From contig CALXAT010000004.1 of NCBI GenBank assembly GCA_944386365.1, forward strand, positions 56,715-88,714: 32,000 nucleotides of DNA, in the 5' to 3' direction. The notes under the pieces are model-generated. The model was not told where the DNA came from. It searched no databases and saw only the letters and a program-made list of their open reading frames with translations. Origin of the DNA: an uncultured Clostridia bacterium (GTDB taxonomy: Bacteria > Bacillota > Clostridia > TANB77 > CAG-508). The position numbers and the translations under genes are program-made. Each line of letters begins with the position of its first letter. Positions within the stretch are counted from its first letter, which is position 1. Below, one piece after another: positions 25,708 to 32,000 of the stretch.

Positions 25708-27291
25708 ATGCTAAGTGCAAACGGAGTGACTGTCAGATTTGGAAAGAGAGTACTTTTCGAAGATGTCAATATAAAATTTGGAAAAGGAAATTGCTATGGG
25801 ATTATAGGAGCAAATGGAGCAGGAAAATCTACCTTTTTAAAAGTGCTATCAGGAGAGATAGAGCCAAGCAAAGGTGATGTGAGTTTGGATAAAGGAGAAA
25901 GATTATCAGTTCTAAAACAAGACCACTTTGCTTTTGAAGACTATACGGTTATGGACACCGTTATTATGGGAAATAAAGAATTATATGATATTATGAAAGA
26001 AAAAGAAGCAATTTATGCAAAACCAGATTTTTCAGAAGAAGATGGTATGAAAGCAGCAAAGCTAGAGGAAAGATTTGCAGAATTAGATGGCTGGAATGCA
26101 GAATCAGATGCAGCAATTTTATTAAATGATTTAGGGATTATTCCAGATAACCACTATAAATACATGAAAGAAATTGAAGCTAAAGAAAAAGTAAAAGTAT
26201 TACTAGCACAAAGTTTATTTGGTAATCCAGATGTTTTATTATTAGATGAGCCAACTAACGACTTAGATATGAAAAGTATTAATTGGTTACAAGATTTCTT
26301 AATGGATTTTGAAAATACGGTTATTGTTGTATCACATGATAGATATTTCTTAAATAAAGTATGTACACATATTGCCGATGTTGACTTTGGAAAAATAAAA
26401 GTATATCCAGGAAACTATGATTTCTGGTATGAATCAAGTCAATTAGCATTAAAACAAGCAAGAGAACAAAATAAGAAAAAAGAAGAAAAGATAAAAGAAT
26501 TACAAGATTTTATTGCAAGATTTAGTGCAAATGCTTCAAAATCAAAACAAGCAACTTCTAGAAAGAAAACATTAGAAAAAATAGAATTAGAAGAAATTAA
26601 ACCATCTAATCGAAAATATCCATATATTGATTTTAAACCAGATAGAGAACCTGGAAGAGAAATTTTACAGGTAAAAAATATTTCTAAAACAATTGATGGA
26701 GTGAAATTATTAGACAATGTTTCATTTGATGTAAAACAAGGAAATAAAATTGCTTTTTTAGCAGACAATGAATTAGCAAAAACCGTTTTATTCCAAATTA
26801 TAGAAGGGGAAATAGAACCAGATGAAGGTGAATTAGTTTGGGGAACAACAATTACAAAGTCATATTTCCCTAAGGATAACAACTATTTATTTGAAACAGA
26901 TGAAAATATAACAGAGTGGCTTAGAAAATATTCAAAAGACCCAGATGAAACTTATGTAAGAAGCTTTTTAGGAAGAATGCTATTTTCAGGAGATGAAGCT
27001 TTAAAACAGGTAAAAGTATTATCTGGAGGAGAAAAAGTAAGATGTGTTTTATCAAAAATGATGTTATCAGGAGCAAATTTCTTAATATTTGATGAGCCAA
27101 CAAACCATTTAGACATGGAAAGTATTACTTCGTTAAATGAAGGGATGAAACGATTTATAGGAAATATTTTATTTACATCACATGACCATGAATTAACACA
27201 AACAGTTGCTAATAGAATAATTGATATAAAAGAAAATGGAAAAATAATAGATAGAGAAATTACCTATAATGAATATTTAGGCGTAGAATAA
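25708..27291 (+). CDS. ybiT: ABC-F family ATPase, YbiT-like (two ABC domains, no TM domain)
   Basis: The N-terminus MLSANGVTVRFGKRVLFEDVNIKFGKGNCYGIIGANGAGKSTFLKVLSGEIEP closely parallels E. coli YbiT as I recall it. A second signature/Walker B, LSGGEKVRC...LIFDEPTNHLD, is present. The ATG at 25708 has a properly spaced GAAGGA, unlike the track's 25696. Confidence 0.85.
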   Translation: MLSANGVTVRFGKRVLFEDVNIKFGKGNCYGIIGANGAGKSTFLKVLSGEIEPSKGDVSLDKGERLSVLKQDHFAFEDYTVMDTVIMGNKELYDIMKEKEAIYAKPDFSEEDGMKAAKLEERFAELDGWNAESDAAILLNDLGIIPDNHYKYMKEIEAKEKVKVLLAQSLFGNPDVLLLDEPTNDLDMKSINWLQDFLMDFENTVIVVSHDRYFLNKVCTHIADVDFGKIKVYPGNYDFWYESSQLALKQAREQNKKKEEKIKELQDFIARFSANASKSKQATSRKKTLEKIELEEIKPSNRKYPYIDFKPDREPGREILQVKNISKTIDGVKLLDNVSFDVKQGNKIAFLADNELAKTVLFQIIEGEIEPDEGELVWGTTITKSYFPKDNNYLFETDENITEWLRKYSKDPDETYVRSFLGRMLFSGDEALKQVKVLSGGEKVRCVLSKMMLSGANFLIFDEPTNHLDMESITSLNEGMKRFIGNILFTSHDHELTQTVANRIIDIKENGKIIDREITYNEYLGVE

Positions 27292-27360
27292 ATAAAGAAA
27301 TAAATGCATTTACAATCATTCTACTTAAAATGTAATATTAGAAAGGAATGAGATGAGGAT

Positions 27361-27852
27361 ATGGAAAGAGTAGATAAAATAAATTATTATCTAGATATTG
27401 CAGAAAGCGTAGCAGAGCGAGGAACTTGTCTTAGAAATAATTATGGTAGTATTATTGTAAAAAATGATGAGATTATTTCAACAGGTTATACAGGAGCTCC
27501 AAGAGGAAGAAAAAATTGTATTGATTTGGGATATTGTACAAGACAAAAATATGAAATGCCAAGTGGAAAAGGATATGAAAGATGCAGGTCTGTACATAGT
27601 GAACAAAATGCGATTATCAGTGCTGCAAGAAAAGATATGATAGGTTCTACACTATATTTAGTAGGAATAAATAAACGAAATGGAGAATATGTAAAAGATA
27701 ATGAGCCATGTTCATTTTGTAAAAGAATGATTATTAATGCTGGAATTGAAAAGGTAGTTATGAGGGATACAAAAAAAGAATATAGAGTACAAGAAGTCGA
27801 TAATTGGATAAAACAAGATGATACGATTTTTAAAGAGGAGAATGAGAAATAA
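27361..27852 (+). CDS. comEB: Deoxycytidylate (dCMP) deaminase, ComEB type
   Basis: The cytidine/deoxycytidylate deaminase zinc motifs are HSEQNAI and PCSFCKRMIINAG. Confidence 0.85.
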   Translation: MERVDKINYYLDIAESVAERGTCLRNNYGSIIVKNDEIISTGYTGAPRGRKNCIDLGYCTRQKYEMPSGKGYERCRSVHSEQNAIISAARKDMIGSTLYLVGINKRNGEYVKDNEPCSFCKRMIINAGIEKVVMRDTKKEYRVQEVDNWIKQDDTIFKEENEK

Positions 27853-27893
27853 AAATAATATTTCAAATAAGTGAAGTAAAAAAGAAATAAGAA

Positions 27894-27928
27894 AAAGGAT
27901 TCTGTCTGAATTTCAGACAGAATCCTTT
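27894..27928. terminator. Bidirectional terminator between dCMP deaminase and the convergent decarboxylase gene
   Basis: A 17-bp perfect hairpin, aaaggattctgtctgaa-t-ttcagacagaatccttt. Confidence 0.8.
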
Positions 27929-28008
27929 AGTTTGGAGGGATTACAAGCTAAAACAAATTAAAATGATAATAACACAAAATTAAACAGTTACACAATTTAA
28001 AGTTTTAT

Positions 28009-29271
28009 TTATTTCCATCTTTCATTGCCAGTTTCCGGATCAATTCGGAAAGTAGCAAAGTAATCTGCTGGTTTTTCAGCCCTCTTGATAAGTTTGAAAC
28101 TGCCATCGGTCTTTTTGAGGTACTCGGCGCAATGGAGCTTACCATTATAATGGTAGCCCATGCTAGAACCATGTGCACCAGCATCGCAGATAACTAAAAT
28201 ATCTCCGGTTTTGATTTCAGGAAGTTTACGGTCAATTGCAAACTTATCATTGTTCTCACAGAGTGAGCCTGTAACGTCATAAATATGGTCACAAGGCCAG
28301 TCTTCTTTACCAAGGACAATAATGTGGTGATAAGCACCATACATTGCTGGACGCATAAGATTAGCTGCACAAGCATCACATCCGATATATTCCTTATAGA
28401 TGTGTTTTTCATGCAAAACCCGAGTTACCAACTGTCCATATGGTGCCAACATATATCTACCTAATTCTGTGTAGATAGCTGGCTCCATACCAGCAGGAGT
28501 CAAGATAGACTCATATTGCTGCTTTACGCCTTCAGAAATAGCATAAATATCATTTGGCGTTTCATCTGGATGATACGCCACACCAATGCCACCTGACAAG
28601 TTGATAAAGGAAATATTAACATCAAGCTTTTCTTTTAATTCTACTGCTAATGTGAATAGTTCTTTTGCCAACTTAGGGTAATATGCATTGGTTAATGTAT
28701 TACTTGCTAAAAAGGCATGCAGACCAAAGTTTTTTACACCTTCCGATTTTAAAATCCGGTAGGCCTCAAAAATTTGCTCGCGTGTCATACCATACTTGGC
28801 ATCACCCGGTGTTCCCATACAATTGGGTCCAACTTCGAAGTTGCCACCAGAATTATACCGACAACAGATAGTTTCCGGGATTCCAGCACATTCTTTTAAA
28901 AAGGAAATGTGTGTAATATCATCTAAATTGATGATGGCTCCGAGTTTCTTAGCATGGACATACTCCTTTGCAGGAGTAACATTTGACGAGAACATAATAG
29001 GTGCTTTTAAAGCACTAGCAATTGTCAGCTCTGTGTCTGATGAACAATCACAGCCACAACCCATGTCAACTAAGATTTTAACAATGTCTGGAATAGGATT
29101 TGCTTTTACAGCAAAATACTCGCGGAACCCTTTGTTCCATGAAAATGCATCCATAACCTGTTTGGCATTTTCCAGTATTGCTTTTTCGTCATAGACGTAA
29201 AAAGGCGAAGATGCCGCTGACAGATTTTTAGCATCCTTTAAAGTGATAATACTTGTTTTTTCTTGTTTCAT
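28009..29271 (-). CDS. PLP-dependent group IV (Orn/DAP/Arg) decarboxylase, diaminopimelate-decarboxylase-like
   Basis: Motifs are YFAVKAN (PLP lysine), LSGGIGVAY, ELGRYM and GSLCENNDKF. The start is taken as the ATG at 29271 (GGAAGGAGA upstream) rather than the track's 29376. GC is ~45% by hand count, far above the neighbours. Confidence 0.8.
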   Translation of the reverse strand: MKQEKTSIITLKDAKNLSAASSPFYVYDEKAILENAKQVMDAFSWNKGFREYFAVKANPIPDIVKILVDMGCGCDCSSDTELTIASALKAPIMFSSNVTPAKEYVHAKKLGAIINLDDITHISFLKECAGIPETICCRYNSGGNFEVGPNCMGTPGDAKYGMTREQIFEAYRILKSEGVKNFGLHAFLASNTLTNAYYPKLAKELFTLAVELKEKLDVNISFINLSGGIGVAYHPDETPNDIYAISEGVKQQYESILTPAGMEPAIYTELGRYMLAPYGQLVTRVLHEKHIYKEYIGCDACAANLMRPAMYGAYHHIIVLGKEDWPCDHIYDVTGSLCENNDKFAIDRKLPEIKTGDILVICDAGAHGSSMGYHYNGKLHCAEYLKKTDGSFKLIKRAEKPADYFATFRIDPETGNERWK

Positions 29272-29516
29272 AATGTCTCCTTCCTCTTGAAACCCTCCAT
29301 TTTGCAAATTTACTTGTAACAACAATAGTATATCATGATTAATGGGAATGTTCAAGTTATGTAAAGTAGTAAACAAATATATAATATAATACTAATGAAA
29401 GTATTTGAAATATTTGAAAAAAGTGATATACTAGAAAAGTAATTTTTATTTAATATAAATAATAAAGAAATCTTTGAATAATTCAAAATATTTTAAACGA
29501 AAGGAAAGATAAAATA

Positions 29517-31700
29517 ATGGATAAAATTATTAATACAATTGCAGAAGAATTAAATATAAAGCCAAAACAAGTAGAGGCAACAATTAAACTAATTGATGAG
29601 GGGAATACAATTCCCTTCATTGCACGTTATAGAAAAGAAGTAACAGGTGGATTAAGCGATGAAATCCTTAGGGATTTAGGTGAAAGACTAAATTACTTAA
29701 GAAATTTAGAACAAAGAAAAGAAGAGGTTGTCAAGTCAATTGATGAACAAGGAAAACTAACAGATGAAATTTTACAAGCAATAGCTGTTTGTAAGACATT
29801 GGCAGAGGTAGAAGATATTTATAGACCATATAAACAGAAAAAGAAAACAAGAGCAACTGTTGCAAAAGCAAAGGGATTAGAACCGTTAGCTATGATTATT
29901 ATGGAACAGAAAGAAACAAAACCAATTTTAGAAATAGCAAAAGAATATGTCAATATAGAGACTTTATCAGAAGAAGATAAAAAGAATAAAGATAAAGTGA
30001 TTGCTAGTCCAGAGGATGCCGTACAAGGTGCTTTAGATATTATTGCAGAAGATATTTCAGATAATAGTAAATATAGAAAACAAATTAAAAGAATTTGCTA
30101 TAGAGAAGCGGTGATTCAAACTAAAGCAGCAAAACCAGAGGAAAAATCAAATTATGAAATGTATTATGACTATCAAGAAGCTATAAAATACATACCAAGT
30201 CATAGAATTTTGGCTATCAATCGTGGAGAAAAAGAAGATTTTTTAAAAGTGAAAATTGAAAAACCAGAAGAAAAAATATTAGCATATATAGAAAGAGATA
30301 TTCTAAAAGGTGAAACACAATTTACAGAAATGTTAAAAGAAACAATAGCAGATAGTTTTAAAAGATTAATTGAGCCATCGATTGATAGGGAGATTCGATC
30401 AGACTTAACAGAAAAAGCAGAAGACAAAGCCATTAGGGTATTTGGTAAAAATTCAAAACAATTACTTTTAGGTGCACCAATTAAAGGAAAAACAGTCATG
30501 GGATTTGACCCTGCATATAGAACAGGATGTAAAATTGCGATTATTGATGAAACAGGAAAATTATTAGATTATACAACAGTATATCCAACAGAGCCCCAAA
30601 ATGATGTAGAAGGTGCAAAAAAAGAATTATTAAAATTAATTGACAAAGATAAGGTAGATATGATTGCCATTGGAAATGGAACTGCATCAAGAGAATCAGA
30701 AATGTTTGTAGCAGATATGATAAAAGAAGCTTCAAGAGATGTACACTATGTAATTGTTAGTGAAGCAGGTGCTTCCGTATATTCTGCATCAAAATTAGCA
30801 ACAGAAGAATATCCAGATATTAATGTTTCTATAAGAGGCGCTATCTCTATTGCAAGACGTTTACAAGATCCATTAGCAGAATTGGTTAAAATAGATCCAA
30901 AAGCTATTGGTGTTGGACAATATCAACATGATGTTAATCAGAAAAAATTACAAGAAAGTTTGACAGGCGTTGTTGAAGATAGTGTTAATAAAGTAGGGGT
31001 TGATGTCAATACAGCTACACCATCATTACTTTCTTATGTTTCAGGAATCAATAATACGATTGCGAAAAATATTGTAAAGTATAGAGATGAAAATGGAAAA
31101 TTAAAAAATAGAAAACAATTATTAAAAGTTCCAAAACTAGGAAAAGTGGCATTTGAACAATGTGCAGGATTTTTAAGAATATTTGATGGAGATAATCCAT
31201 TAGAAATTACAGCTGTTCACCCAGAAAGTTATGAAGCAACAGAAAAATTATTAAAGCAACTTGGATTTGATAAAAATGATTTAAAAGATAAAGAAAAATT
31301 GGAAAAATTAAGAATGAAATTAAAAAGTGTGAATGTAGCAGAAATGGCCAAAGAACTAAATATTGGTGAAATGACATTAACAGATATCATTGAAGAATTA
31401 TCAAAACCAGGAAGAGACCCTCGTGAAGATATGCCAAAACCAATCTTAAGAAGTGATGTATTAAAAATAGATGACTTAAAAGAAGGCATGGTTTTAACAG
31501 GAACCGTAAGAAATGTTATTGACTTTGGAGCATTTGTGGATATTGGTGTAAAACATGATGGACTAGTTCATATTTCAGAAATGAGTGATAAATTTATAAA
31601 AAATCCATCAGATGTTGTTTCTGTAGGAGATATTGTAAAGGTAAAAGTAATCAAAATAGATAAAGAAAGACAAAAAGTAGGACTTTCTATGAAAGTTTAA
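29517..31700 (+). CDS. tex: Tex-like transcription accessory protein (YqgF/HhH/S1 domains)
   Basis: The N-terminus has IAEELNIKPKQVEATIKLIDEGNTIPFIARYRKE. A YqgF-like core (GFDPAYRTGCKIAIID) and a C-terminal S1 domain (GTVRNVIDFGAFVDIGVKHDGLVHISE) are present. Confidence 0.95.
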   Translation: MDKIINTIAEELNIKPKQVEATIKLIDEGNTIPFIARYRKEVTGGLSDEILRDLGERLNYLRNLEQRKEEVVKSIDEQGKLTDEILQAIAVCKTLAEVEDIYRPYKQKKKTRATVAKAKGLEPLAMIIMEQKETKPILEIAKEYVNIETLSEEDKKNKDKVIASPEDAVQGALDIIAEDISDNSKYRKQIKRICYREAVIQTKAAKPEEKSNYEMYYDYQEAIKYIPSHRILAINRGEKEDFLKVKIEKPEEKILAYIERDILKGETQFTEMLKETIADSFKRLIEPSIDREIRSDLTEKAEDKAIRVFGKNSKQLLLGAPIKGKTVMGFDPAYRTGCKIAIIDETGKLLDYTTVYPTEPQNDVEGAKKELLKLIDKDKVDMIAIGNGTASRESEMFVADMIKEASRDVHYVIVSEAGASVYSASKLATEEYPDINVSIRGAISIARRLQDPLAELVKIDPKAIGVGQYQHDVNQKKLQESLTGVVEDSVNKVGVDVNTATPSLLSYVSGINNTIAKNIVKYRDENGKLKNRKQLLKVPKLGKVAFEQCAGFLRIFDGDNPLEITAVHPESYEATEKLLKQLGFDKNDLKDKEKLEKLRMKLKSVNVAEMAKELNIGEMTLTDIIEELSKPGRDPREDMPKPILRSDVLKIDDLKEGMVLTGTVRNVIDFGAFVDIGVKHDGLVHISEMSDKFIKNPSDVVSVGDIVKVKVIKIDKERQKVGLSMKV

Positions 31701-31798
31701 AATGTCTTTTTGAGGACGTTTCTGTTGGAGATATTTTATGGAAAAGGCAGAAAGTGTAATTTTTAGGATATAGAAAAAATCAGAAAAAAGGGAAAGGT

Positions 31799-32000
31799 AT
31801 GAAATTAAAAAAGAAAACAAAAATAGTTATAATTGTAATGATAGTGCTTATAATAATTCTAGCAGTTGTTATGGTAATAAATTATTATAAGAAAATAAAT
31901 AGTAATATTACAGAAGATAATGGAATTGAATTTATAAATAATAAAGTGATCATTTTTTTTAATAATGATGTAGAAGCAGAAAGATGCAGGCAAATTATTG
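31799..32000 (+). CDS. Membrane-anchored hypothetical protein, N-terminal part (continues beyond the window)
   Basis: The ATG at 31799 follows GGGAAAGG. The translation is MKLKKKTKIVIIVMIVLIIILAVVMVI... and the frame is open to the window edge. The gene is not in the ORF track because it is truncated. Confidence 0.5.
   Translation, partial: MKLKKKTKIVIIVMIVLIIILAVVMVINYYKKINSNITEDNGIEFINNKVIIFFNNDVEAERCRQII

Noticed and set aside
23098-31820. Assorted antisense or overlapping ORFs: 23098-23292, 25167-25454, 25487-25720, 25533-25769, 26439-26882, 26921-27103, 27486-27866, 28194-28412, 28683-28871, 28796-29194, 30200-30499, 30541-30735, 31229-31489 and 31608-31820.
   Set aside because: Each lies opposite, or out of frame within, a confidently assigned gene (corA, lipoprotein, ABC-F, dCMP deaminase, decarboxylase, Tex). 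None has recognisable motifs or translation signals.

Overview
Very AT-rich, standard-code bacterial DNA. Gene content looks like a low-GC Firmicute, probably Clostridia-like. All family calls come from motif recognition by eye; no searches were run.

The window has three parts.

(1) 1-7.8 kb is accessory DNA. It holds the 3' end of a VirB4/TcpF-like conjugation ATPase and an extraordinary 345-codon K/I/N-rich ORF. After that comes a ~4 kb tract with no long + strand ORF, roughly 10% GC and strongly A-skewed, built from five mosaic tandem repeat units. An orphan helical protein, an XRE repressor and a small ORF follow.

(2) 7.8-12.4 kb is housekeeping: gyrA (no gyrB upstream) and a DnaD-domain/DnaI-like helicase-loader pair.

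(3) 12.5-15.9 kb is a second, oppositely oriented T4SS fragment: coupling protein, VirB2-like, VirB6-like and VirB3/TcpE-like genes. It has no VirB4, relaxase or integrase.

The rest is ordinary chromosome:
- a DUF1858 gene and a tRNA Lys-Glu-Thr operon
- a GT-C-type membrane protein gene broken by three frameshifts
- an SDR, a signal-less CBM25/53-like protein and a VanW/G5 protein
- tRNA-Lys(CUU), CorA, a CapA-family protein and a DUF378 protein
- a lipoprotein, a YbiT-like ABC-F, dCMP deaminase, a PLP decarboxylase and Tex

The most unusual item is the repeat tract at 1.8-5.6 kb together with the ultra-low-complexity ORF before it. Also notable are the split, convergent T4SS module and two single-gene islands of clearly higher GC (the lipoprotein and the decarboxylase).
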